A DNA stretch of 64,000 nt from Piromyces finnis finn (Eukaryota > Fungi > Neocallimastigomycota): contig MCFH01000080.1 of assembly GCA_002104945.1 (NCBI GenBank), forward strand, positions 62,001 to 126,000. Reading direction: 5' to 3'. The notes beneath the pieces were generated by a model. It did no database searches. It had not been told where the DNA came from and was given only the letters and a program-made list of their open reading frames with translations. Positions 29,401-43,620 of this stretch are shown here, in pieces. Position 1 is the stretch's first letter, and each line of letters begins with the position of its first letter. Position numbers and translations under genes: made by a program.

Positions 29401-32400
29401 TCTTATTAAATACTATTAATATAAAAAAATAACACTTTTTTTCTTATTCTTAATTCATATTGAAATATTGAAATTTTAAAAGTCAAACAAATAATTATTT
29501 TATATTTCCTACCCTATATTAGAGTATAATGGAATATATTATAAATTATTTATTTTTTAATCTATTAATTTAATTTATCAAAATTATACAATTTTTTTTT
29601 TAATTAAGAGTTTTAATGATAAAGTTTACTTTTGAATAGAAAAAATCAATTAATTTTAATTGAAATACTAGAAAAGTTTATTATTAAATAATAGTAATAA
29701 TAATAATAATAAAACATGATGAAATTCTAAATCATAACAATTTATTTATTATTAATATATTGCTTTTTTTTTTTTTTTTTTATAAATTCATTCTTTAATG
29801 AACCCTGTTGGAAATGGTATAGGATTAAAATAAGATATAGAGGAATTAAATAGTTGTAAGATAGTAGGTGGTCAAGGATAATGTTGGTTAGTAATTGGCC
29901 ATAATTAGTAGTGATCATGAAATGTCATTGTTTTATATATATATATATATTTTTTTTTTTGATGAAATAAAATTTATGTGTATGCAATGTATAATTTTAA
30001 TAAATTGCATTTTTTTTTAAATCGTTATACTATCCATAGATAATCCTATCTATCCATCTACACACACACCTCCATTATAACCCTTTGAAAAAAGTTTTTT
30101 TTTTTAAAACTCAATTTCAATATAAAAAAAATTAATTATTTTTTTGTTATTTTAATTATTATTTTTAATTATTTAAAAAATTGGAGATTATTTATATATT
30201 ACATTTTATATATTACAATATATTCTAATATATATGATTTTATATTCGAAATTTAAAATTTATACTCAGATAACTAATAAAAATAAATATAGATTTATTT
30301 ATTTTTTGCAAATTTAATAAAAAAAAATTAGATAAAATAAAGAACCCTTTTTTAATCAATGAGTAATCCTTTATTTTTTTTTATCCGTTATGATGTTATT
30401 TCCTTTTTTTTTATTATTATTATAATTAGTAAAACTAGTCATGAATGGATATCTTTTTTAAAAACATTTGAACAATAAAAAAAAGCTGAATAGAATTTAA
30501 CATAAAAAAAAAACATTAAATCTTAATAAAATAATGTTCCTTTTCTACATTCTATTTTACTTTTTTTCTATTTTAATCGTTAGAGTTTAATAATAAAAAA
30601 TTAAAGTTTTTAACCTTTAATAGAAAAAAATACACAAAGTAAATAAAAAATAATAATAATGTAATGATGTAATGTTTTTTTTTATATTAAACTTTATTTT
30701 TTAAACTAAATAAATTCTTTTTAAATAGGATATCATTGAATTTGAATTTGTAATATGTACTTGAATCTTGTTTCTACACCATTTTAGTATTGTATATATA
30801 TATATATATTTTTTTTTTATATTTTTAGTTTTCATGTTCAATACTTGATATATAAATGTCCATAGCAAGTAATAATAATAATAAAAAGAACCATTAATAA
30901 TTATTTAAATCTTAAAATATTTAAAAATTCATAAAATTCTATCTATTATGATTTAATAAATTAAATTATATTAAATAACCTCTTTTTTTTTTTTAATTCT
31001 ATTTAAAATATTCATTTAAAAATTTTATTAAAAAACTCTAAAAAAATGGAAATTCTAATTCATAAAAAGTAATGAACAAACGATTTTTTATTTTTTAATA
31101 TTTTATCCACAACACAAAGATAAAATATTAAAAAAAGTCGTTAGGTAATAATAATAAAAAAAAAAAGTATAATATATATTGAAAAGAAAAAAAAAAAAAA
31201 AAAGAAATAAAATCTTATATCAATAATTAATAATATAATATTATAATATTTCATTATTTAAATTTAATTTTTTTTTGAATGGCTCTTTTAAAGGCATGTT
31301 TTCTTTATTATATTTTTTTTATGGTCATTTTAATCATTTACATTGTTTTTAAAAGTAGATTTAAAATTTATTTTCATCCTTTCTTCTAGATTTTTTTTTA
31401 TACCAACAAATAATTTTTTATTCATTTGTGTATGGTTTAATCAACACAATACAAACACAAACCTTTCTATACCCATTCCTACCACCCACCACCCAATTTC
31501 ATTTTATCCACACCCATCCACCACTATTCATTAGAAAACTTTAACAGCTATTAAAATTTAATTTTTATTCCTATCAAAAAAAAAAAAAAATTAATATTTA
31601 TTTATTTTTTGTGTATTCCTTATTTCATAATAAATAAACTTTTAAAGGCAAATAAATACATTCCTTTTTTAGTTTGATACAGAATATAGGATTGAAGGTA
31701 GTAATAATGCATAAAAATGTGTAGTATATTCTTTTTTTTTTTTTCTTTTTAAATATAAAATAGAGTAATGGAAGATGCTATAGATTATTATATTTTTTTT
31801 CCAATTCGAATTTTTATAAAAGAAAATCCTAATCTTTTTTGTAACTCCACTTTGTCGACGACAACGACCGATTAATAATAAATAATATTAAAAACAAAAT
31901 AATACTAATTAATTATTATAATATTTAACTATATTTGGACGATATAATAAATAATAATATATCGTCCAAATATATTTAATTCTATCAAAAATTTTATTAT
32001 TTACCCTTCAACCATTGGTTAAAGCTAAATAATTAAAATTATTGAATTCTTCCAATAATCCCTAACAATAATATTAATTATAAATAAATAATAAAACAAA
32101 TAATACTATGTTTTATTAATAAATAATAAATAAATATTAATCTATGTTTTATTAATAAATAATATTAATATATAAATAATGCTATTATTATAATGTATAA
32201 CAAATAAAATAGAATAAATAAAAATTAGGTGTAGGAAACCAACAAGAAAAGTGTGAACCTACCTTGTTTCTTTTTTACCCACCCATCTTTTAGTATCATT
32301 TATTATTATTATTATGTGAAACAAAACAAAACCAAAAAAAAAAAGAATATTTTACGATTTATCCTATGACTACTATTCTCTTTTCTTATGCATTATAAAA

Positions 32401-33056
32401 AAAAATAAATATAAAAAATACCAATAAATTCATTCTCTTTATAAAAAAGAAATAAATTTATTTTATAATAAATAGACTTTGTGTTTTTTTTTTAAAAAAA
32501 AAAAAATCTTTTCTTATTGGGGATTTCACAAAAAAAGTTATATAGACTTTTAATTAATATTTAGAAAAAGGAAATCAACCCAGGAAAAATTAAATAAAAA
32601 GTAGAAGAATAGGAAAAAAAAAAAAAACTAAAAAGTTTTAATAAACAAATTGAAACTATAAGCATAGGAATAACCATAATCATAATTACATGTCTGTTAA
32701 ATCTTATGAATAGATTTAAATAACATTATGATCATTTTAATGAATGATGTGTGTGATTAGTTTTTAATTTAATTTTTTTTTATTTTGTTGTCCATGGAGG
32801 ACCATAATACCAAAAAACTTTTTTCTTTTTTTTTTTCCTTAAATAAAATAAATATTAAATTATAACCGATTGATGACTTGTTGTGTTTTCCTTTTTTTTT
32901 TTTTTTTTAAAAAGGTCATCGGATGAAGCAGAAAAAGGATCAACAAAACCCATGATGTCTTTTTTTTTTTTTAAATGATATCATCCAAATACTAATTATG
33001 ACTCTTTCTATTGAAATATATTTAACAATTAACAATTAATAAAAAAAAGATCAACA

Positions 33057-33633
33057 ACCTCACTCTTGGCATGTATAGTCGTTCCAGTTTTTATCCTGGT
33101 TGTTAAGGCGTTTCCTTAGCATACATAAGGCTTCTGGTTCGACCCCGCAGATGTCAGTGCCTGTGGATTTTCCCACTGGGTTTGCCATGGGTTGGGTTAT
33201 GATATTCAGGTAAGTATAAATGAACTTTCTAATTTACTACTATGATAATAACACTCGTCTAGCCGGCCTGAGAGGGTCTAGTGTACATGGTACATTCCAA
33301 ATTAGAACTTAATAAGTGGTGACTTAGGCTATGCCAAAAACACATAATATTCCTTAATCAATTTAAGTGTAAACATTAGGGGGCGGTTGACACGTGATCA
33401 AATTGACTATAAGAGGCTTAGCATTGTAGTTGTGAAATATCGTACAACGACATGCATCTAATGTACATGGATTAAGTGAGCGTCGAAGCTGAAGAAACAG
33501 TATGACAGACCAGGAGGGTCACAACCACCTAGCAATAGGAATGAGCCAACGTTTCTCTAAGAACCACCATTGGAGCTAACTCTGATCGATGGGAGAAATG
33601 CACTCGGAAGTTAAAAAAAAAAAAAAAAAAAAA
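33057..33633 (+). mobile_element. Candidate tRNA-derived SINE with poly(A) tail and target-site duplication
   Basis: tRNA-like head 33068-33156 (A-box-like TAGTC..TGGTTGTTAAGGCG; B box GGTTCGACCCC at 33136-33146; GGCATGT/AGATGTC acceptor-like pairing). GC-enriched body, A-tail 33613-33634, and ATCAACA at both 33050-33056 and 33634-33640. Confidence 0.75.
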
Positions 33634-34781
33634 ATCAACATCGTATTGTAATAAAAATGTATACAATTCAATATTAAATAATAAAATAAACCAATAAAAC
33701 TATAGAAATGACTTTTATTGTATTACAGAAAAAAATAAAGTCGACTTTGAAATTTGACCTACACTTTAGATGATGACTAAACAAACAAACAAACAAAAAA
33801 AGAAAAAACACAAAAAGGAGTTAATATGAATCACCTTTTTTTTTCTGACTAACATTTTTGTAATCAGTATATACAAAAAAAAAAAAAAACACATTGTTGT
33901 ATTCAAACATTTGAGTAAAATTTAATTAATATATATGTAGTATGTAGAGCAAAATCTATATATATCTCTATTTGTAAAATGATGTAGTATAACCCTAGGA
34001 AGAAGATTATTTCTTTTTTTTTTTTTTTCATTCCGTAATAATAAAAATTATGATAAAAGTAAAATATTTTTCAAATTTCATTCTTTCTTTCTTGGTAAGC
34101 ATGCAATACTTTTTAGGTTTGTTTCTTGTATTGTCAAAGTTCTCATTCCATAAATTAGACTTGTTTTTAGGTGATGAGATGATGTTTTTGTATATTTGAA
34201 AGTTGATTCATTATCATTTAATTATTTATATTATTTATTATATACTATAATGTATTCCATATTAAATTTATTCTAATCCATTTTTATTTATTTAGGGTAA
34301 CACCAAAAAATTTGTTTATTATTACCATTTTTATTTTTTAATATATTACGGTATATATTAGAATGTTTGTAAAATAAAAAGATTCATTTAAAAAGAATAA
34401 TAAATCTAAAACATTAATAAATTCATTGAATGGTGAATGAATGAATGAATTCAATGACACCAATGAAAATGCATTAAAAGAAAGAATAATATTAAAAATG
34501 AAAAAATGCAAAGACCATTTCCTTTTTTAGTTATTCCTTCATTTCAATTTCTTTTTATTAATTTTTATATTTGTTGAAATGAGAAAATAAAAAAAAAAAG
34601 TAATTATTAAACTTTTTAAGATGTTGAAATAATTCTCTATCCCTTTTATTAAGAAATTTATACTATTTTATCTTTTATAACAAGAATAATTCTAGTAAAA
34701 TAGTGATAGATGGTAATAGATGGTAATATGCATAGACATAATTAATAATGATTTTAATGGTGTTACTTACTACTACTACTG

Positions 34782-34859
34782 ATAATAATAAACTTAATAA
34801 ACATAATAATAATAATAATAAACATAATAATAATAATAATAATAATAAACATAATAAAC

Positions 34860-34891
<32 letters not shown>

Positions 34892-34892
34892 C

Positions 34893-34968
<76 letters not shown>
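34782..34968. repeat. (AAT)n microsatellite with AAACAT interruptions
   Basis: Direct read; it explains the poly-L/N/Y ORFs at 34675-35010. Confidence 0.95.
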
Positions 34969-34970
<2 letters not shown>

Positions 34971-37900
34971 TTTCAATATCACTATTTTTTAAAGAAAAAA
35001 AGTGAGTCATTAATTAATTTTAATATAAACCTTATGATGTAATATTATATCACTTTTATCACTTTAGTAGGATGAAACTTGAGTCTTTTACCATTGAACC
35101 TACCGATCTCCACAATTTTTAATTTATTTGTATTCAATAAACTTTTATAGAAAATAATGTTTTAGAATGTAGTGTAACCATCCTTTTATGGTGATAAAAC
35201 ATTATTTTACCAAAAATACAATTATTACTTATTTAATAATTGTTTGTTCTTTTTTTAATTTAATTAGGAAAAGGAGGAGATTCATTAAATCTATTGATTT
35301 ATTTATGAGTTGCTATTGAGAAATTTCATTATTCAATAGAGTTTAATCTTTTATTTTCCATTCTTTTCATTATTAATTAAAAATAAATAAAAGTTTTTCA
35401 CCAATGAAATAAAAAAGAATATTAAATTATAAACTAATTTTAAACCAAAAATTTAAATTATAATATTAAAATAATATCATTTTAATTTATTCTTCATTTA
35501 TTCTAGTGGATGGTAATACTTTTTAAAAACAAAAACAATCATTATTGTTTTATATTTTTTTTACTTTATTAATTCTTCTTTTAGAAAAAAAAAAAGTTCA
35601 TCAATTGTTTCAATATGATTAATTTAAATTTAATAAAACTCATCTTTTTTTTTTTATATTATTAAAAAGTATTTAGAAAAGGGTAGTCATCCTTAAAATA
35701 GTTATATTTTCAAATCAATAAAAAAAATAAAATTATTGTTTTCTAATACTATCCTACTATTATTCTACTATTTTTTTTTGACTATATTCTTATTCTTTTA
35801 ATTTATATATGTATATTTTTTTAGATTAATTTCCTATTCCTCTTTAAAACCTTTTTAATTTTTTACCCCCAAAAAACTTGTATTATTTTAATTTAATCCA
35901 AATTAAATTTTTAAATGAAAATGGTTACATTTTAAAAGAATAACATTATAAATTATTATTATAAATTTAATTATTTATGAATTTCATTGATTAATTAAAA
36001 CTTATATCATTCTGACATTAAATGATGGTATTCATTAGAAAAGAAAAAGAATGGAAATGATTATGATTCTATTTTATGACACATTTGATTTCCATTCTTT
36101 TTTTTTTTTTTTTAAATTAGAATAATGGATGGATAAGAGGATGGATACTTTTTTTTTTAATAAAAACTTTAAAGAATTTGATAAACATAGCTAATAGAAT
36201 AAGGTTAATTTACTTTTTTTTTTCCCCATAATAATAAATAGAATAATAAAATAATAATAAATAGGATAATTTATTATTTTTTATCCAATATTTTTTTTAT
36301 TTCATTTTAATTTTACACCCCTTAAAAATTGAGGTATGGAGGATGGCTTCAACAAGCTAAAAGTGGTTTTTTTTTATTTGCAACCCTTGCCTTAGAAAGA
36401 AATTTGTTGATGTATACATTTGTATATGTTTGTATACATTTAATTGTTATCCGCTTTATAAAATACATTTTTTCATTTTTTTTGAAGGACAACTTATGAC
36501 TTGCTTGCTTTCTTTTTTCTTTTTTTTTTTCTTATTGAATAAAAAATGGGTTTGTTAAAAAGAAAAGTTGAATCCTAAAATGTTTGTTAAAAATTTTAGG
36601 ATTCAACTTTTACGGTTTATATATTTTTTTTTTAATACCTATTACTTGTAGAATGATTTAAATAATTTATTTGATCAATTTTGGCTAGTTATTCATTACT
36701 TTATCGATTTGATTTTAATATAGAATTTAATAAAACAATAAATCCTTATGAGACTTTTACCTCAATAAAACTATACCACCACCACTTTCAATTTTTAATT
36801 TAAAAAATAAATTCTACAAAATCTAATGTAACCATTGGATGATCAATTGTAATTCTATTTTTTAATATTTTACTTTTGTAAAGTATAATATTAAATTAAT
36901 TTTTTAAATATTAACAATTTAAATTAAAAAAAAAAAAAAAACTAAAATTGAAATTTTAATATTAAAAATAATTTTATATTCAATTTTCCTTTAAATGAAT
37001 CACTTTCTAACACTAATTCTCGTTGACTTTTTTTTAAAGCAAAAAAAAGATAGATTTGAAATGTTTATTTAATTAAATGAATGTCTATTCTCTATTATTC
37101 TTACTTTATTATTTACTTTTTTTTTTCAAATAAAAAAAAAAATATGGTTACTTTTCATTTTTTTAGTTCATTATCAACAATACCTTGATCATTAAAAATT
37201 AATTTATTTTATTTACCAATAATTTTTCCTGATTTTTTATCCTTTTTCTAATGAGGCTTTGTATCTTTTTATTATTTTTATTGATTATCTATATTTGGTT
37301 AAATTAAATTTTGTTTTTTTTATTATTATTAATTTCTTTTTTTTTTTTTTTTTTTTTTACATTTACAAACAAAAAACAAGAAACATCATAAAATTAGATA
37401 AATATATATATAATTTCTATTTTTTTTATTCTCATTTTTAATATTATTTTATTTAACATGCAATTTTTTTATTCCATTTTAATTTATTTTTATTAGTATA
37501 TATATAAAAAAAAGTCACTTTTTTTTTCTTAACTATTCTTTGTTCATTTAAAAAAAGTTCAATTTGTGGGTTCTTTTTTTTTTAAATTGAGCTTGCCATC
37601 TTTTATTTATTTATTATAATTTATCAATTCAATTAATTTAATAAATTAATTTTATTTCTATTGATTATTAAACCTTATTTAATATAATTATTATTGGTTT
37701 ATCTTTTGTTTTGATTTCTCTATTAGTATTATATAATATAATACTAATAGAGAAAAAAAAAAAGGGAAATGTTATATAACTTCATTTAACAACAATAAAT
37801 AACTTTATCACACTAAGGAATATAGATGAGTATCTATTTACTCATAAAACTAAAAGGATTACTTGAAAAAAAAGGAATAGTATTACTTTTTTTTTTTTTT

Positions 37901-38114
37901 TTAGAAATAAAATGGAATACTTTCGAACAATTTTTCAATTTTTAAAAAGAATAAAAAAAAATTTTTTTATTATTGTTGATAGGATCCCCAATTCTATTAG
38001 TATTATATTATATAAATATTTATTTGTAACAATATCCAAACAAAAAATAAAGAAATCAAACATTGTAATCATGCTATTCCTAAAACTATTTTAATTAATA
38101 ATAATAATTTTTAC

Positions 38115-38310
<196 letters not shown>

Positions 38311-41300
38311 TATTTAATTCATTTTATTTTTCTTATTATTCTTTAAAAAAAAAGTGACAGATAAAAGAAAGGATGATGCTTTAATTAAAATGAAATAATA
38401 AAAAAAAAAGGATGATAAACTAATATACAATTTTATATGGTATAAAGTTTTTATATCAATTTTTTTTTAATATAAAAAATTGTTTAATCCTAGTAATCAT
38501 TAAGAGAAAAGAAAATTCTCTTTTTACTCTAACTCTATTTTATAATAAATTATTTAAATAATATAAAAAAAAATTATTAAATTTTGAGGCTATTTATTTT
38601 TACCTAGATTTTTTCTTTATTTAATGGTTAGATGAAGATATAAGAAAATAATAAAAGTGGAATACAATTAGGAATTTTTTTTTTATTATTATTAAAGGAT
38701 TTCTCATTCTATTAATTATAAGCATAGAAATGAAAATTTACTGATTCTCTTAATTATAATGATGTCTTATTATTGTAGAACAAAATAGAATTACACACAC
38801 CTTTTATGCATCATTATGATATCATAACTATGCATTATGTTAATATATGTTTTTTTTTAATAATAACTCTTACGGTCAACAATAAAAAAATGATGGACGA
38901 ATCTTGAAAATTATGGTAATAATTTTTTTAATATTTATCTAACATCCAATATGTATATATATATATTTGATGTCTTTAAGAGTGTGTGCTAGTGTTAGTA
39001 TATGTACATTACAATTTTTACTAGAAATAATAAAACAATAGAATAAGCTAGGCAATATACTAAGCATAATGACATAAAAATAATGGTAAAGTATTATTAG
39101 AAGAGGGGTTAGATATCTTTCTATTATTAATAAAAGTTCATTTGGCAATCAATTACTCTAACAATAAAATAAATAGTTAACACCAATAAATACAATTTAT
39201 TTGCTGTAACTCTTGATAATTATCTGGTAGACATTTAATATCAATTTTTCTGAACTTTTTAATAATAATAATAAAAAAGAGATCATATATTATATTATCA
39301 ATGCTTATTATTATCTTTTTTTTTTAAGTCTTGGATATAATTCTTTTAGTCATTGGTTACAACTACCTAAATTAAGAATTGTGGGTGAGTCATAAATAAT
39401 AATAATAATAAGAATGAAAAAAAATGTTACATTTATTTTAATAATAAAAAGATCATCATTTTTTTTTAAAAAAAAATTATTATTATTATTTAACTACAAA
39501 TATAGTATTGAATTTGAATGGATCAAAAAAAATTTTTTTATTAATAATATATTATCATTCCATTGTTTTATATTATCATTCTTGTTTTTTTTTTTTATGA
39601 AAATAAAAATAAAAATATTGAAAATAATAATTAATAATACTCTTTCCAGTTGATAAAGAAGAATAGAAATTTTATCTGCCTAAATCTATATAAGCAGATA
39701 TTTTTTCTATTTTGTTTTACCTAAAAATAGGATTTAAGATTTAAATCCATTATTTATCAAACCTAATTTTTTTTATTAGAATAGTTATTAGAGCGAAAAA
39801 AATGATCAATTTAAAAAAAGTTCCATTTTTAATATAAACAATACTAAATTAATTTTATTTTAATATTTCTAGAAAAAAATAATAATTTAACTTTTAATGA
39901 AATTGAACCAATAAAAAAATAGAGTCATTAAACTATTGCACCAATAAAAAATGAGGATACTTTTTTTTATTCTCAAACTTTAGGTAAAACAAAATAAAAC
40001 ATTTGATTAGAGAATGATTTTAATTATATACTTTTTTGGTAAGGGAGTAAATTAAAAATAAATTAAATTTTAATGAAGAAGGATGACCTTTTTCATAATA
40101 TGAGGGTTATGAGGGTAGAGGCATTAAAACATTGTCATTCGAGAGTATTTGTTGTAGAAGAGGAAAAAAAAAAAAAAAGGATAAATAAATAATAAAAGAA
40201 AAAATGATGTATTGAATTTTAAAAGTTATCGTTAAGACTACTTTTTTTAAAATATATAAATTATAATTTTTAATAGTTATCCTATAATATATATAAAATC
40301 TTTATTTTTTTTTAATAGTCATACTATTTTATTAAAAAAAAAAAAAAAGGAAAAAAGGAAAATATAAACTTTAAATATATAAAGTTTATTTTACAAATTA
40401 AATAGTTTAATAACTTTTATAATTATAATATAATTGTGTTAAACTTTTTTTTTATTTGTCACTTTTTTTTTTATCTATAAATTAAATGATGGAAAAAGAA
40501 AATTATTATCATTATTTCCTTTAAATAGTAAAAAAAAGAAAAAAAAGTTTTAAAAAGTCAAAAATGTTGTATTATAAAACATCATCAAACTTTTTAATCC
40601 TTCCCTTTGAATATTATTATTATTATTGAAGATGATGATTCTAATACATATATAAAATAAAAATAGAATAGTAGAATCAAATTTATTTAATTTTATTACA
40701 TTTGGTTTAAAAGTTTTTATTGATTTATACTCGATAATCCCACTATAAAAAAAAAAAAACATTATATTATTAGTTTAGTTTACAATACTATACCATGTTG
40801 ACTTTAGTATTATAGGAATGAAAATACATAGGAAAGAATAAATTAAATTAAAATTAGAATTGATTTACTATGGTTCTTTCTCTTTTTCTTTCTCTCTCTC
40901 TCTCTCTCTCTTTTTTTTTTATAAAAAGAATTATTGTAGCTGCATCAGTATAAAAAATTTTTTACTACTTTTTTTTTGACTATAATTTTTATTTTTTATT
41001 ATTTACGGAAAATTTAATGAATCTTAATAAATATAAAAATTTTCATAATTAATTAAAAAATAAGATTTTAATCTAAAAAAGCAAACAATTGAATAAGTAG
41101 AAAAAAAAAAAAAAAAAAGGATGGTAGTTTTCTAGTATAAATTAGTTTAAACTCTTTTTTTTTTTTTTTTTAATATATTATTGAGAGAATGTGTATATAC
41201 ATAAACGATGAAACTAAAATTTATCTTTAGAAAAAATTTTTTTTGTAGGAATCATGAATTAAACGATCAAGCACAATTTTTTCTGTATGAATGTAATGAT

Positions 41301-42169
41301 TGTATTTAATATAAAGTACAACTTTTTTGTACTTATGCTACGCTACCCTACTTTTTTTTTTTTCATTTTTATTATTTATTCAAAAAAAAAAAAAAGTATT
41401 TTTTTTTATATAGTTTATATTATATTTTATTATAATATATTATAATGGAATGGTGATGAAATTACTTTAGGTCATCTTTTTTTTTTTCTTCTTATAATGA
41501 TGATCTTTTATATTAAATAAACCTAGTTAATTTATTTACTTTTTTTGAATAGTTTTCTTCTACTAGGAAATATCTTATTATTTTGAAAAAAAAAGAGAGA
41601 ATGGGTGTGTATATATTAATATTATTAGAATAATCTTTTTTTTTTGACCTATTTTTTTATTCTCTTTACCGTTATATTTAGTTCATAGTTCATATATTAA
41701 GTTCACAAATAAAAATAACATTCTATATAAAATGACAAAGGGGAATTGTTTTATAAATTATCCTACCATCTCAAACTCTTTTTCTAAACAGGACTCTTTG
41801 ATATCTTTTAAAACTAAATGTAAGCATAATTTTATTTTATATTAATCGATAATTTATATATTTTATTTTTATTTGTTTTTTTGTTTTATTTTACATAATG
41901 TATTTATTTTGATATTTTAATTTATAATCTAAACCATATTCTATATAGTAGAATATATTATAATATTTAAAGAAATATTAATGTATATTACATTAGTTTC
42001 AAGTATTATTTTAGAAGCCTATTGATAACAAATACTTTATTATTTAATTATATCTTCTTTCCTATATTACTTACTAATTCTCTACTGTTTCTCTCTCTTT
42101 TTTTTTTTTTTTTTTTTTTTGAATATATTATAAACCATTTAATCTATTAGAATACAACATCTGTACTTT

Positions 42170-43620
42170 TTCATTATACCGTATTTATCCTTTTTATTTT
42201 AGTAAAATATGAAAGAAATAATATAACCAACTTAGTAATAGATTTCATTCCCTGCAATAAAAAATATTTAAATTTTGTTCAAGATCTAAAAATAGGGTCT
42301 CTGAATATCCTTTTTATTCAATAAAATTAGGAATGGATTTTCTTTTAATACTAACTTGGAGTAGTAATTTCAATACAGTTAATACTTTTACTTTATATAA
42401 AAATATTACCAATCTAAATGAATAAATTAATATTATTAAATAAACATTTTTATATAATAGTGTTATAGATTCTATCAGCTTCATATAATATTTATTAATG
42501 ATTAATAATTTTATCATTGGTAAAAACATAGTTATCATATTTTTATAAAAGTCGTCATAAAAAAGATTTGAAAAAGATATTGATTCAGAATAGGATAAAG
42601 TAATAACTATATTATCTATAATAAGATTTAAATACTTTTTTTTTTTTTTTAATAATATTAATATTATTATATCATAATAAATAATATTATAATAAATCTC
42701 TATCATTTATATAATCATACGTCTTAAAAAATTTTTTTTAATTTATTACTTTCTACGATATTATTTATCGTAGAGTAATCTATAAAACCACATAATAAAA
42801 AGTTTTTCATTTTTAAAATCTTTATAGTAAGAATATTTAATGTCCGTAGTAGAATCAATAGTAAAGTTTATTATAGTATATATTTTATCATAAATAATTG
42901 AACCATTTGTAAAATATAAAAGCGATATAATTTATATAATTAGTATTAAAATAATTATACTTTGAGCCATCTCTTAACCATAAACTGTCACCCCTTTTTT
43001 CAACATTATAGCCTGAAATTATCCTTTTTTTCAAAATCAACGATTTTATAAATATATCTTATAATATCACAACTAGAAAAATATGAAATTGTACTATAAT
43101 TTAAGTAATATTCTACATTAAATATTTCCCCAAAAACAAAATTCAATTTTACATAGTCAATAATCCTCAATCCTATAATAGGGTATATAATATACCTTAT
43201 AGGAACACAACCTATAATAGGGTATATAATATACCTTATAGGAACACAACCTATAATAGGGTATATAATATACCTTGTAGGAACACAACCTATAATAGGG
43301 TATATAATATACCTTGTAGGAACACAACCTATAATAGGGTATATAATATACCTTGTAGGAACACAACCTATAATAGGGTATATAATATACCTTGTAGGAA
43401 CACAACCTATAATAGGGTATATAATATACCTTGTAGGAACACAACCTATAATAGGGTATATAATATACCTTGTAGGAACACAACCTATAATAGGGTATAT
43501 AATATACCTTGTAGGAACACAAAACAATTTATTAATTATATTATTGTAAAAGTTTTCATCTATATTGTTCGATATAATTACTTTATCCTTTTTCTTTTAT
43601 TAAATAATTCAACTATATCT
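42170..43620 (-). pseudogene. Decayed gene resembling the N-terminal (beta-helix-like) region of large anaerobic-fungal membrane receptor-like proteins, interrupted by a minisatellite
   Basis: Minus-strand pieces KVIISNNIDENFYNIINKL-[repeat]-DYVKLNFVFGEIFNVEYYLNYSTISYF..KIVDFEKKDNFRL*C*KKGVTVY, then FTNGSIIYDKIYTIINF.. and ORF 42314-42706. Multiple stops and frameshifts. Family resemblance is from memory only. Confidence 0.5.
43172..43522. repeat. Minisatellite: 9 x 39 bp, each unit a near-perfect 32 bp palindrome plus AACACAA
   Basis: Unit CCTATAATAGGGTATATAATATACCTT(A/G)TAGGAACACAA. The first two units have A and the last seven have G. Confidence 0.97.

Noticed and set aside
33068-33156. 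Functional tRNA gene
   Set aside because: The D-loop is expanded with an internal hairpin and T5, the anticodon loop lacks U33, the acceptor and T stems are mismatched, and the sequence runs on into a poly(A)-tailed body with a TSD.
33259-33277. Bacterial 16S rRNA fragment (TAGCCGGCCTGAGAGGGT)
   Set aside because: The match is ~18 nt only and flanks do not continue as 16S. It is better read as a GNRA hairpin in the SINE body.
33070-33420. Group I intron (GACTA/TAGTC P7-like pair)
   Set aside because: The two halves occur in the wrong order on both strands, and no P/Q elements or host exons are present.
43172-43522. CRISPR-like array (palindromic repeats at regular spacing)
   Set aside because: The intervening 7-nt sequences are identical, not unique spacers; there are no cas genes and the context is eukaryotic. 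It is a tandem minisatellite.
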